Source: Bacteroidia bacterium | GTDB taxonomy: Bacteria; Bacteroidota; Bacteroidia; Flavobacteriales; Flavobacteriaceae | Direction of reading: 5' to 3' | NCBI GenBank assembly: GCA_030430615.1 | Contig: JAUIKV010000001.1 | Span: forward strand, 1-54,534 | DNA: 54,534 bases | In this document: one piece after another, positions 1-9,558 of the stretch | How the letters are laid out: the number at the start of each line of letters is the position of its first letter | Position numbering within the stretch: the first letter of the stretch is position 1 | Made by a program: the position numbers and the translations under genes | The notes under the pieces: generated by a model | Databases searched by the model: none | Seen by the model: only the letters and a program-made list of their open reading frames with translations | Told to the model about the DNA's origin: nothing

Positions 1-37
1 AATTCTTAAAAATTGCCTTGTCAAGAGATGTGATCTA

Positions 38-67
38 ATAAAAACGACCCTTAAAAAAGGGCCGTTT
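38..67 (-). terminator. Intrinsic terminator downstream of the phoH-like gene
   Basis: Minus strand reads AAACGGCCCTT-TTTT-AAGGGTCGTTT followed by TTATT, about 27 nt after the stop at 94. Confidence 0.7.
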
Positions 68-93
68 CCACTTCCATTAGTACAGGAAAATTG

Positions 94-1416
94 TTAAAGC
101 ATTTCGTTGGCAAGATTGGCGAGCTCCGACCGCTCTCCTTTCTCCAGTTTCACATGTGCGAAAAGAGGATTGCCCTTGAGGCGGTCGATCAGATAAGTCA
201 ATCCGTTGCTGTGCTCGTCCATGTAGGGAGTGTCAATTTGATTGATGTCACCCGTGAAAATCACTTTGGTTCCTTCTCCGGCCCGGGTAATGATCGTCTT
301 GACCTCATGTGGCGTCAGGTTCTGGGCTTCATCCACGATGAATATGGAATTGATCAGGCTGCGCCCCCTGATAAAGGCCAGGGCCGTTATGGTAAGGAGG
401 CCCGACTCCTGGAGTTGTTCCAGGACCTTGCTCTTCTTCTCATTGGCCTTGAACTGATTCTTAATAAAATTCAGATTGTCCCACAAGGGTTGCATGTATG
501 GTGAGATCTTGCTTTCAGCATCTCCAGGGAGGAAACCGATTTCCCGGTTGCTCAACGGAATGATGGGTCGTGCGAGAATGATCTGGTCATATTTGTTCTT
601 TTGCTCGAGTGCCGAAGCGAGGGCGAGCAGGGTTTTTCCGGTTCCGGCCACTCCTTCAAGGGCAACCAGTTTGATCTCATCCTGAAGCAGGGCGTTCAAC
701 CCGAAAGTCTGCTCCGCATTTCTGGGTTTGATCCCAAAGACGTATTTCTTGTCGACGCGTTCAATGGCATCGGTTTCTCCGTTGTAACGGGCCAGGACCG
801 AATTGCTGCAGTTGTTGAGGATATAATACCCGTTGGTTACTTTTTCCGAGCCGAGTATTCCGCCCTCCTTGATCCTGTTTTTCTGGTAAATGGTCTGAAT
901 GACCTGGGCATCGATATTTTCGATCACAGGGAATCCGTCCGAGAAGCTTTTCAGGTTTTTGACCTTGCCGGTTTCGTAATCTTCTGAGATCAATCCGATG
1001 GCTTTGGCCTTTATTCTAAGGTTGATGTCTTTAGTGACAAGGATAATGCTCTTCTTTTTTTCCTCGGCTACCAAAGCCAGCGCCGCATTGATGATCTTGT
1101 GATCGTTTTTGGTATTGCCATAGATCTCCTCTGCATCCATATTCTGCAGGCTTTGAACGTCCATGATGACCTTCAGGTTACCGCGACCCTTTCCTATTTT
1201 CATCCATTTGTTCAGGCCGTTGTTCCCTGAAAGCTTGTCAAGGAACCGGATGACTTCACGGGCCTCAAAATTTTTGGTTTCATTTCCGATTTTGAATTGG
1301 TCGAGTTCTTCAAGAACTGTAATGGGAATTGCCACGTCATGTTCGTCAAAATTCCGAATGCTGTTATGATCGAAAAGGAGTACCGACGTGTCTAAAACAA
1401 ATACTTTTTTGGTCAT
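94..1416 (-). CDS. phoH: PIN-PhoH (PhoH2/YlaK-type) protein: PIN nuclease domain plus PhoH ATPase
   Basis: PIN motifs VLDTSVLL, EELD, NDHKI, TKDINLRIKA; Walker A GVAGTGKT; FIRGRSL; DEAQN; GDINQID. Confidence 0.92.
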   Translation of the reverse strand: MTKKVFVLDTSVLLFDHNSIRNFDEHDVAIPITVLEELDQFKIGNETKNFEAREVIRFLDKLSGNNGLNKWMKIGKGRGNLKVIMDVQSLQNMDAEEIYGNTKNDHKIINAALALVAEEKKKSIILVTKDINLRIKAKAIGLISEDYETGKVKNLKSFSDGFPVIENIDAQVIQTIYQKNRIKEGGILGSEKVTNGYYILNNCSNSVLARYNGETDAIERVDKKYVFGIKPRNAEQTFGLNALLQDEIKLVALEGVAGTGKTLLALASALEQKNKYDQIILARPIIPLSNREIGFLPGDAESKISPYMQPLWDNLNFIKNQFKANEKKSKVLEQLQESGLLTITALAFIRGRSLINSIFIVDEAQNLTPHEVKTIITRAGEGTKVIFTGDINQIDTPYMDEHSNGLTYLIDRLKGNPLFAHVKLEKGERSELANLANEML

Positions 1417-1602
1417 ATAAACTATTTTAAGGACTTACCTTACTGGGACAAAGGATAAGGGGAAAAAATACTTCATCGGTAGAGGAGGAATTTTCTTCTT
1501 CTTAAATTTTTTAAAAAAGTACAAAAATTTCAATAGGGTGGAAATCGCAAAATGCGATTTATGGGCAGACTTATTAACAAGAAATTAACTAAATGCAGAC
1601 AG

Positions 1603-4600
1603 CTAAATGCTGCGGAGTGTCTCAAGCGCCTTGGTTACTGAGTCGATGCGTATGAAAGTGATCAGCAAGCGAAGTCCTTTTTTGGTTTCGCGCTCCTTCA
1701 TGACGCAAGTCTGGCCATTTTTCTGAACATAGGCCAGAACCCGTGAGAAGATTTCACTCTGAAAGTATTCACTCTGTTGATCTGATATAAAATATCCAAT
1801 CATTCGTTTTTGTTTCAACACCAGTCGTTCGAGACCAAGTTCCTTGGCGATCCATTTGATGCGCACCGAGTCGAGCAAATCGTGGGCCTGAACGGGCAGT
1901 TCTCCAAAACGGTCGATCAATTGTTCTTCAAAGGCCTTGAGCTCCTCTTCTTCAGTGAAATCGCTCAACTCTTTGTAGAGACTCAAACGCTCGGAGATGC
2001 TGCTGATGTAATCATCCGGGAAGAGGATCTCAAAATCAGAATCGATCTGAACCTCTTTGACGTAGTCTTTTTTCCCGGCATCCTGATCTGCATAAAGCTC
2101 TTTGAATTCGTTCTCTTTCAGTTCTTCGATGGCCTCGTTGAGAATTTTCTGATAGGTTTCAAAACCTATGTCATTGATAAAGCCACTTTGCTCGGCTCCC
2201 AGAAGATCCCCGGCCCCACGGATCTCCAGGTCCTTCATGGCAATGTAAAAACCACTGCCCAGTTCCGAATGCATTTCAAGAGCCTGAATGCGCTTGCGTG
2301 CATCCTCTGTCATGACGTGATAGGGAGGCGTGATGAGGTAACAGAACGCCTTTTTGTTCGAACGGCCAACGCGTCCCCGCATCTGGTGAAGATCACTAAG
2401 GCCGAAATTGTTGGCGTTGTTAATAAAGATGGTATTGGCATTGGGGACATCCAGTCCGCTCTCGACGATGGTCGTGCTCACCAGCACGTCAAATTCGCCG
2501 TTGATGAATTCAAGCATCAGTTCCTCGAGCTTTTTTCCGTCCATCTGACCATGACCCACTCCTATCCGGGCGTCGGGTAGCAATCGCTGAAGCATGCCTG
2601 CGACTTCGCGAATGTTTTCAATCCGGTTATGGATGAAAAAAACCTGGCCACCCCGCTGGATCTCATAGCGGATGGCGTCACGGATGATCTCTTCATTGAA
2701 CCCGACGACTTGTGTTTCAATCGGGTGTCGGTTGGGCGGTGGGGTCTTTATGACAGAGAGGTCACGGGCCGCCATCAGGGAGAACTGCAAAGTCCTGGGA
2801 ATTGGCGTCGCAGTAAGGGTCAGGGTATCGATATTCTCCTTCAGGGTTTTGAGCTTCTCTTTCACAGCCACACCGAACTTTTGCTCCTCGTCAATGACGA
2901 GCAATCCAATGTCCTTGAATTTAACGTTCTTATTGACAAGCTGATGCGTGCCTATTACAATATCTACCTGCCCATTGGCCAGACCCTCGAGCACCTCCCT
3001 TCGCTGCTTAGCGGTTCTGAAACGATTGAGATATTCTACCCGAACTGGAAAATCCTGAAGTCGCTCCCGGAAGGTTTTGGCGTGCTGAAAGGCCAGTATT
3101 GTGGTAGGAACCAAGACAGCAACTTGCTTCCCATTGTCTACGGCTTTGAATGCGGCGCGAATGGCGATCTCCGTTTTGCCAAAACCCACATCTCCGCAAA
3201 TAAGTCGATCCATAGGCTGGTCTTTCTCCATGTCGGCTTTCACCGCCTCGGTCGCACTGAGCTGATCCGGAGTGTCTTCATAGATGAAGCTGGCTTCCAA
3301 CTCATGCTGCATAAAAGTGTCCGGACCATAAGCCAGTCCTTTTTTCAATTTTCTTTTTGCGTAGAGCTCGATCAAACTGAAGGCAATGTGCTTGACTCTG
3401 GCCTTGGTTTTTTGCTTGAGCTTCTTCCAGGTGTTCGAACCTAGTTTGTGGACCTTTGGTGGCTTTCCGTCCTTTCCGTTGTATTTGCTGATCTTGTGCA
3501 GGGCATGGATGCTAATGTACAGCACGTCCCGATCGCCGTAGATGAGCTTAATGGCCTCCTGCTTTTTGCCCTCAACTTCAATTTTGTGCAGCCCGCCATA
3601 GCGTCCGATGCCGTGATCGATATGCGTCACGTAATCACCTTGCTCAAGCTGGGTGAGCTCCTTGAGTTTGATCGATTGTTTTTTGGCAAATCCGCTTTTG
3701 AGCTTGAATCTGTGATATCGCTCAAAAATCTGGTGATCGGTGTAGCAGGCTATCTTCAGGTCATTATCGATGAAACCGCTGTAAATAGGTAGCGTGATCG
3801 TCTTGTAGGGCACTTCTTCATCCATGTCATCGAAAATGTCATGGAATCGCTTGGCCTGATTCTCGTTGTCACAGAAAATGTAATTTGAATAGCCCTTGTC
3901 ATCGTTTTCCCGCAAGTTGGCAATCAAGAGGTCGAATTGCTTGTTGAAAGAGGGTTGAGGCAGGGTGTCAAACCGAACAACAGTTTCAGGGCTGGCTCCG
4001 GGCTCGTTTATTTTTGACACCTGGAACTCTGAAAGTTTCTCAAGAAAAACCTTCCCGTCACAGAACAACTCAGACGGCTCCAGCTGGCTCAATTCCCCTT
4101 TGAGTTGAGCGAAGGCTTCCGTGGCTTTTTCAAAGAGCTTGTCAAGTCTCTGTGCCAGCAATGTCGTGTTGAAGGTGAAAATCACGGATTTAGCCGCGAT
4201 GTAGTCGAGGAAGACCTGTCTTTTCTCCTCGAGTTTCTTATTCTCAAGATTGGGCATGATGTCAATCCGGTTAAGGCGATTGACGGAAAGCTGACTCTCT
4301 ATGTCAAAGGTTCGGATGCTGTCGACTTCATCACCGAAGAATTCAATCCGGTAGGGTTGCTCATTCGAGAAGGAGAAGACATCGATAATTCCCCCGCGAA
4401 TGGCAAAGTCACCGGGTTCAACCACGAAATCCACGCGGTTGAATTTATACTCGTGAAGCACATCGTGAACGAAATCCAGAGACACCTTCTCGCCTTGACT
4501 AATTTTCAGCGTATTGCGCTTTAGCTCTCTGCGGGTAACGACCTGCTCGAACAATGCGTCCGGGTAGGTAACGATAACCGCCGGCTTTTTTTGAGAGCTG

Positions 4601-4953
4601 ATGCGATTCAAGACTTCTGCACGCAACAGGATGTTTGCATTGTCGGTGTCTTCAATCTGGTAAGGGCGACGGTATGATCCCGGAAAGAAGAGCACGTCCT
4701 GACGGTTTGCCTTTCCTTCAGGTGCCAGGAACTGTTCCAGGTCATTTAGATAATAGGCAGCCTCTTCTTTGTCTTTACAGATCAAAACGAAAGGGTGCTC
4801 GAGCGATTTATAGGCTGCCGCGAGGACGAAAGACAGGGATGATCCGGCGAGATTGGACAGGTTGATCGGTCCGTTTTTTTTGCTGACGGCGTCGACAAGA
4901 CCCGAAACCTTTTCAAACCGGCCGTAAAGATCTATAAAATCGTGCTTGGTCAA
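1603..4953 (-). CDS. mfd: Transcription-repair coupling factor
   Basis: UvrB-homology region (RGGIIDVF), CarD/RID domain ([11 protein letters not shown]), [38 protein letters not shown]-terminal TRCF domain. Confidence 0.98.
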   Translation of the reverse strand: MTKHDFIDLYGRFEKVSGLVDAVSKKNGPINLSNLAGSSLSFVLAAAYKSLEHPFVLICKDKEEAAYYLNDLEQFLAPEGKANRQDVLFFPGSYRRPYQIEDTDNANILLRAEVLNRISSQKKPAVIVTYPDALFEQVVTRRELKRNTLKISQGEKVSLDFVHDVLHEYKFNRVDFVVEPGDFAIRGGIIDVFSFSNEQPYRIEFFGDEVDSIRTFDIESQLSVNRLNRIDIMPNLENKKLEEKRQVFLDYIAAKSVIFTFNTTLLAQRLDKLFEKATEAFAQLKGELSQLEPSELFCDGKVFLEKLSEFQVSKINEPGASPETVVRFDTLPQPSFNKQFDLLIANLRENDDKGYSNYIFCDNENQAKRFHDIFDDMDEEVPYKTITLPIYSGFIDNDLKIACYTDHQIFERYHRFKLKSGFAKKQSIKLKELTQLEQGDYVTHIDHGIGRYGGLHKIEVEGKKQEAIKLIYGDRDVLYISIHALHKISKYNGKDGKPPKVHKLGSNTWKKLKQKTKARVKHIAFSLIELYAKRKLKKGLAYGPDTFMQHELEASFIYEDTPDQLSATEAVKADMEKDQPMDRLICGDVGFGKTEIAIRAAFKAVDNGKQVAVLVPTTILAFQHAKTFRERLQDFPVRVEYLNRFRTAKQRREVLEGLANGQVDIVIGTHQLVNKNVKFKDIGLLVIDEEQKFGVAVKEKLKTLKENIDTLTLTATPIPRTLQFSLMAARDLSVIKTPPPNRHPIETQVVGFNEEIIRDAIRYEIQRGGQVFFIHNRIENIREVAGMLQRLLPDARIGVGHGQMDGKKLEELMLEFINGEFDVLVSTTIVESGLDVPNANTIFINNANNFGLSDLHQMRGRVGRSNKKAFCYLITPPYHVMTEDARKRIQALEMHSELGSGFYIAMKDLEIRGAGDLLGAEQSGFINDIGFETYQKILNEAIEELKENEFKELYADQDAGKKDYVKEVQIDSDFEILFPDDYISSISERLSLYKELSDFTEEEELKAFEEQLIDRFGELPVQAHDLLDSVRIKWIAKELGLERLVLKQKRMIGYFISDQQSEYFQSEIFSRVLAYVQKNGQTCVMKERETKKGLRLLITFIRIDSVTKALETLRSI

Positions 4954-4970
4954 GTAGAGGAAATTTTCGA

Positions 4971-5000
4971 CAAAGATAAGGTTTAACAGGGAAATGCAAA
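4971..5000 (-). promoter_or_regulatory. Bacteroidota sigma70 promoter of mfd
   Basis: -7 element TATCTTTG (4971-4978) and -33 element TTTG (4997-5000) with an 18-nt spacer, just upstream of the mfd start. Confidence 0.7.
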
Positions 5001-5070
5001 GGGCAACATCAAGATCAGGATCAATGGTTTTCTACACGGGATTTTGTATATTTACGTTAATGCAAAAGTG

Positions 5071-5520
5071 ATGACTATGGATATTTCGGACATTTATTTG
5101 AGCATAGGGCAGAAACGTAACATCAGCCACTTTGCAAACATCGTCAGAATTGCAAAAGCGGACGAGGAGATTTCGACAGAGGAGGTCGAAATGCTATCGC
5201 GAATTGCGAAGAAATACAATATTTCAAATGACAGATTCAAGCAAATCCTGAGGGAGCCGGAAAGCATTCCAACACTGGCTCATCTCGAATGCGAGGAAAG
5301 AGTTGAAAGGCTCTATGAACTGCTCCAGATGGTGGAGATAGACCACAAGATAGAGAAAAGAGAGGTGAACATGCTCAGAAAGATCGTGACGGGTCTGGCC
5401 TTTCCGCTGCATTCGGTTGACAAAATAGTGGATCATTCGATTGCAACGGATATTGAAGTGACCGACATGGAAGAGTTCAAAGCAGGAATGTACAAGTTGT
5501 TGAATTTGAAATTTCATTGA
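5071..5520 (+). CDS. TerB-family (tellurite resistance/DjlA N-terminal-like) protein
   Basis: Two TerB-like motifs, IAKADEEISTEEVEML and MVEIDHKIEKREVNML; ATG at 5071 or 5077 preferred over TTG 5044. Confidence 0.75.
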   Translation: MTMDISDIYLSIGQKRNISHFANIVRIAKADEEISTEEVEMLSRIAKKYNISNDRFKQILREPESIPTLAHLECEERVERLYELLQMVEIDHKIEKREVNMLRKIVTGLAFPLHSVDKIVDHSIATDIEVTDMEEFKAGMYKLLNLKFH

Positions 5521-5587
5521 ACAGAATCTGCTGAAAGGCCCCCGAACAAGTTTTACAATATAAAATAACGGCCTGATATCAAGAATA

Positions 5588-5619
5588 TTTAGGTTAGTCT
5601 AAAAAATGTTTTAACTTTG
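5588..5619 (+). promoter_or_regulatory. DtxR/MntR-type operator palindrome plus -7 promoter element
   Basis: TTTAG-GTTAGT-CTAAA (5588-5603) contains the DtxR half-site TTAGGTTAG; TAACTTTG -7 element at 5612-5619; directly upstream of a DtxR-family gene. Confidence 0.7.
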
Positions 5620-5629
5620 CAAAAATTAA

Positions 5630-6307
5630 TTGCAAAGTTCGATTGTTTTGTATTCCCAGGCAGAAGAAAATTATCTCAAATGCATCTACGCTCTCGAAAT
5701 GGAGCATGGAGAAGAAGTCAGCACCAATCTTATCGCGAGCAAAATTAAAACCAAAGCTTCTTCGGTTACCGACATGCTCAAAAAGCTATCGGCCAAGAAC
5801 CTTGTCGTATATAAAAAGTACCAGGGGGTGAGACTGACTGAACGGGGGAGAGAGACAGCATTGCGCGTGGTCAGGAAGCATCGTCTCTGGGAGTGTTTTT
5901 TGGTTCAGAAGCTCGACTTCAAATGGGATGAGGTTCACGAAATTGCCGAGCAACTGGAGCATATTGAGTCGGATCTTCTCATCGACAAGCTTGATGCTTT
6001 TTTGCGTTTTCCCAAAACAGACCCACACGGCGATCCCATTCCTGACAAACACGGCAGGATGGTCATTAGTAAAACCGTGCGCGTGCTCGACATGAGAATT
6101 GGCTCCTCCGGCATTCTTACAGGGGTCAAGGATTCATCCGGGCCCTTTCTCAAGTACCTCAATAAAAAGAACCTGGCACTGGGTGACAAGATCAAAGTGA
6201 TCGATATTGAGCCCTACGATCAATCGGTTCACATCGAAACCCGGACTCACCGCCTGGTCATCAGCAATAATGTTGCGGAGAACCTCTATCTCAGGAATGT
6301 GAAATGA
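5630..6307 (+). CDS. mntR: DtxR/MntR-family metal-dependent repressor with C-terminal FeoA domain
   Basis: EENYLK; HTH with ASSVTDMLKKL; RKHRLWE; VHEIAEQLEH; DPHGDPIP; C-terminal FeoA/SH3-like domain. Start may be TTG at 5648. Confidence 0.92.
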   Translation: MQSSIVLYSQAEENYLKCIYALEMEHGEEVSTNLIASKIKTKASSVTDMLKKLSAKNLVVYKKYQGVRLTERGRETALRVVRKHRLWECFLVQKLDFKWDEVHEIAEQLEHIESDLLIDKLDAFLRFPKTDPHGDPIPDKHGRMVISKTVRVLDMRIGSSGILTGVKDSSGPFLKYLNKKNLALGDKIKVIDIEPYDQSVHIETRTHRLVISNNVAENLYLRNVK

Positions 6308-7323
6308 ACAATTACAACCCCATATACGCCTTGTTGATCTTTGGTTCGATCTGCTTGTTGCTCTACCTGCTATTCAGACCGGTTTCAGGTTGGTACTGGA
6401 TACTGAAGAACAATTGGAAATCCAATGAGAAGACAATTATCGAAGACATTTTGAAGCAGCTCTACAGAATGGAGAATTCGGGCCTTGCGGCGGATACCAA
6501 TGCCCTTACCAATGCTTTGAAGATGAAAGACAAATCAATCATTGATGCCATTCATCACATGGCTGTCACGGAATTGGTTAATCTGGAGGGAGAACAGGTG
6601 AGTCTTACGCGTGAAGGAAGAAAGTACGCATTGCGAATCATACGGGTGCACCGTCTTTGGGAGAAATACCTGGCAGAAAAAACCGGGTTTGACAAGCGCG
6701 AATGGCATGACAGGGCTGAAGAAATGGAACACAACCTCTCTGGAGAAGAGACGGACAGGCTCGCCCTGGACCTGGGGCATCCGCTTTATGATCCGCATGG
6801 GGATCCCATTCCTACTCGACACGGAGAGATCAAAAAACTCGAAGGAGTGCCTCTATCGACTTTTGCACTGGATCAGGTAGGCCGGATCGTACATATCGAA
6901 GATGAGCCCGATGCCATATACAGACAAATTTTGGCCGAGAAGATACATATCGGGTCGACGCTCAGAGTCGTTGAACGAAATGCCGAAAGAATCGTCTTTT
7001 ACTCCGAAGGAGAGGAGTTCGTTCTCGCTCCGGTCGTGGCCTCGAATATCACCGTGGCTCCGGCCGTTTTGGAAACGGAGGAGACGGCAGTGCGACTTTC
7101 CAGTCTGAAACCGGAAGAAACGGCCCGAGTCGCAGGCATCTCGAAGGAATGCCGAGGAGAGAACCGAAGACGTTTGCTCGACCTGGGATTCGTCCGGGGA
7201 GCAGAGATTGAAATAGACCTGGAGAGTCCGATGAGAAACCCCGTGGCGTATTCCATCAAGGGAACGAGCATTGCTCTCAGAAAGGACCAGGCTTCAAAGA
7301 TTTTGATTACCAAGAATCAATGA
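6304..7323 (+). CDS. Membrane-anchored DtxR-like metal-binding protein fused to two FeoA domains
   Basis: N-terminal hydrophobic helix ([18 protein letters not shown]); RVHRLWE; [10 protein letters not shown]; DPHGDPIP; terminal canonical FeoA ([12 protein letters not shown]...[23 protein letters not shown]); ATGA overlap with mntR. Confidence 0.85.
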   Translation: MNNYNPIYALLIFGSICLLLYLLFRPVSGWYWILKNNWKSNEKTIIEDILKQLYRMENSGLAADTNALTNALKMKDKSIIDAIHHMAVTELVNLEGEQVSLTREGRKYALRIIRVHRLWEKYLAEKTGFDKREWHDRAEEMEHNLSGEETDRLALDLGHPLYDPHGDPIPTRHGEIKKLEGVPLSTFALDQVGRIVHIEDEPDAIYRQILAEKIHIGSTLRVVERNAERIVFYSEGEEFVLAPVVASNITVAPAVLETEETAVRLSSLKPEETARVAGISKECRGENRRRLLDLGFVRGAEIEIDLESPMRNPVAYSIKGTSIALRKDQASKILITKNQ

Positions 7324-7324
7324 G

Positions 7325-8110
7325 ATGAAGGGAGAAAAGAATAATGTTCAGGCGGGATGCGAGGGATGTGCGCACTACAATGCCGATGGTTTGAAGAAGT
7401 TGGGGGTAAACCTGAATGACTCGGACTATGTCATTGCACTTGCTGGAAATCCCAACACAGGCAAGAGCACGGTGTTCAATGCTTTGACCGGTTTGCGGCA
7501 ACACACCGGGAACTGGCCGGGCAAAACCGTTATTCGCGCCGAAGGAGCTTTCTCATACGATAACAAGAAGTACAAACTGGTCGACTTGCCGGGGACCTAT
7601 TCGCTGCTGTCAACTTCCCAGGACGAGGAGGTAGCCAGGAACTTCATCCTATTCGGCAAACCTGACGTAACGGTAATTGTCGCGGATGCAAGTCGCCTTG
7701 AGCGCAATTTGAATCTTGTTCTTCAAATCCTGGAGATCACAGATCGGGCCGTACTTTGCCTAAACCTTATCGACGAAGCTAAACGACACAAAATTGAAGT
7801 TGACATCAGAGCACTTTCACGAGACTTGGGGATTCCCGTAGTGGCAACAAGTGCGCGATATCAGGAAGGAATACCGGAACTGATCCAGGCCATTCAGGGG
7901 GTAGCTTCCGGTCAGATCAAATGTGTACCCCGAAAAATAAACAATGTGCCTGAAAAGATCATGAAGGCTGTTGTCCAACTGAGCAGGGAGATCGAGAAGG
8001 AATACCCGAATATTCCCAACAGCAGATGGATCGCACTGCGCTTGCTCGAAGGAGATGGTCGCATTGTTGAAGCCTTGAAAAAGGGAGAACTCGTCGCAAA
8101 TGGACAATAG
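7325..8110 (+). CDS. feoB: FeoB N-terminal GTPase/GDI domain (split FeoB, part 1)
   Basis: G1 GNPNTGKS, G2 GNWPGKTV, G3 DLPGTYSL, G4 NLIDE, GDI motif [11 protein letters not shown]. Confidence 0.92.
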   Translation: MKGEKNNVQAGCEGCAHYNADGLKKLGVNLNDSDYVIALAGNPNTGKSTVFNALTGLRQHTGNWPGKTVIRAEGAFSYDNKKYKLVDLPGTYSLLSTSQDEEVARNFILFGKPDVTVIVADASRLERNLNLVLQILEITDRAVLCLNLIDEAKRHKIEVDIRALSRDLGIPVVATSARYQEGIPELIQAIQGVASGQIKCVPRKINNVPEKIMKAVVQLSREIEKEYPNIPNSRWIALRLLEGDGRIVEALKKGELVANGQ

Positions 8111-9518
8111 ATCAGCAGACCGGATCATCAATCTTACCCGTGAGCTCAGATGGCAGATCGGTGAGGATTTTCATGAAAACCTGGCCGAGGGGATTTATGC
8201 CGACGCCTCGGAGATCGCCAGTCATGCGGTTCGCCGGGATAGAGAAAAGAAGAAGTTGAGATTTGATCAGAAGATCGATCGGATCGTTACAAGCGCAACC
8301 TGGGGATTTCCTATCATGTTCCTCCTACTGGGAGTCGTGCTATGGCTTACCATCACGGGAGCGAATTACCCGTCGGCCCTATTGGCAGAAGTTTTGCTGG
8401 AGAAGGTCCATCCGGCCCTGAAGAGCCTGTCGGTGGGAATCGGCATGCCCTGGTGGCTGGACGGTTTGCTTATCGATGGAATCTACTTGGCAGTTGCCTG
8501 GGTTGTCGCGGTGATGCTTCCGCCCATGGCGATCTTTTTTCCACTTTTCACTCTCTTAGAAGATTTCGGATATCTCCCGAGAGTGGCCTTTAACCTGGAC
8601 GAGCTTTTCAGGCGCTCCGGGGCGCACGGAAAACAGGCCCTTACCATGAGCATGGGTTTTGGCTGCAATGCGGCAGGGGTGGTGGCAACAAGGATCATTG
8701 ACAGTCCTCGAGAGAGGCTCATCGCAATTATCACGAATAATTTCTCCCTCTGCAACGGTCGCTGGCCCACTCAAATCCTGATCGCAACCATTTTTATCGG
8801 GGCACTTGTTCCGGCAGCCTGGTCGGGGCTGGCTTCGTTAACCGCCGTCATTGGAATAGCAGTTTTGGGAATCGCCTTTATGTTCCTGGTTTCCCTGGGA
8901 CTTTCGAGAACCATACTCAAGGGAGAGGTATCCACCTTCAACCTTGAGCTTCCGCCCTACAGACCTCCAAGATTCTGGAAAACCATTTACACCTCAATTA
9001 TCGACCGAACCCTCATCGTGCTTTGGCGGGCGATTGTATTTGCTGCCCCGGCCGGGGCCGTGATCTGGCTGATTTCCAATATAGTTATCGGGGATCAATC
9101 CCTTGCGGGTTGGCTCATCGAATCGATGGATGGCTTCGGGTGGCTGATTGGTCTGAACGGGGTTATACTCCTGGCATACATTGTGGCCATTCCAGCGAAT
9201 GAGATCGTGATTCCCACGGTTTTGATGCTAACTGTTCTAGTGACAGGCTTGGGTGCGGGGGAAGGAGCAGGAGTCATGTTTGAACTGGATTCTGCCTCGG
9301 ATACTGCGAGCATCCTGAAAGCCGGGGGATGGACTTTGCTCACGGGGGTTAATCTGATGCTTTTCAGTTTGTTGCACAATCCATGCAGTACTACGATCTA
9401 TACGATTTACAAGGAGACCCAAAGCGCCCGGTGGACTTTTGTGGCCTCCGTTCTTCCATTGATACTGGGGTTTGTCGTCACTTTTCTCGTGGCTCAGGTT
9501 TGGAGAATTGTAGCCTGA
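8100..9518 (+). CDS. feoB: FeoB membrane permease domain (split FeoB, part 2; gate domains)
   Basis: [37 protein letters not shown]; multiple TM helices; 11-nt overlap with part 1. Confidence 0.92.
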   Translation: MDNRSADRIINLTRELRWQIGEDFHENLAEGIYADASEIASHAVRRDREKKKLRFDQKIDRIVTSATWGFPIMFLLLGVVLWLTITGANYPSALLAEVLLEKVHPALKSLSVGIGMPWWLDGLLIDGIYLAVAWVVAVMLPPMAIFFPLFTLLEDFGYLPRVAFNLDELFRRSGAHGKQALTMSMGFGCNAAGVVATRIIDSPRERLIAIITNNFSLCNGRWPTQILIATIFIGALVPAAWSGLASLTAVIGIAVLGIAFMFLVSLGLSRTILKGEVSTFNLELPPYRPPRFWKTIYTSIIDRTLIVLWRAIVFAAPAGAVIWLISNIVIGDQSLAGWLIESMDGFGWLIGLNGVILLAYIVAIPANEIVIPTVLMLTVLVTGLGAGEGAGVMFELDSASDTASILKAGGWTLLTGVNLMLFSLLHNPCSTTIYTIYKETQSARWTFVASVLPLILGFVVTFLVAQVWRIVA

Positions 9519-9558
9519 CCGCTGCCCTTTTTTTCTTACTTTTAGTCAAAAATTCTAC

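Noticed and set aside
1810-4524. Long + strand ORFs (256, 271, 114 and 139 aa) opposite mfd
   Set aside because: Antisense shadows of a conserved gene with no recognisable motifs
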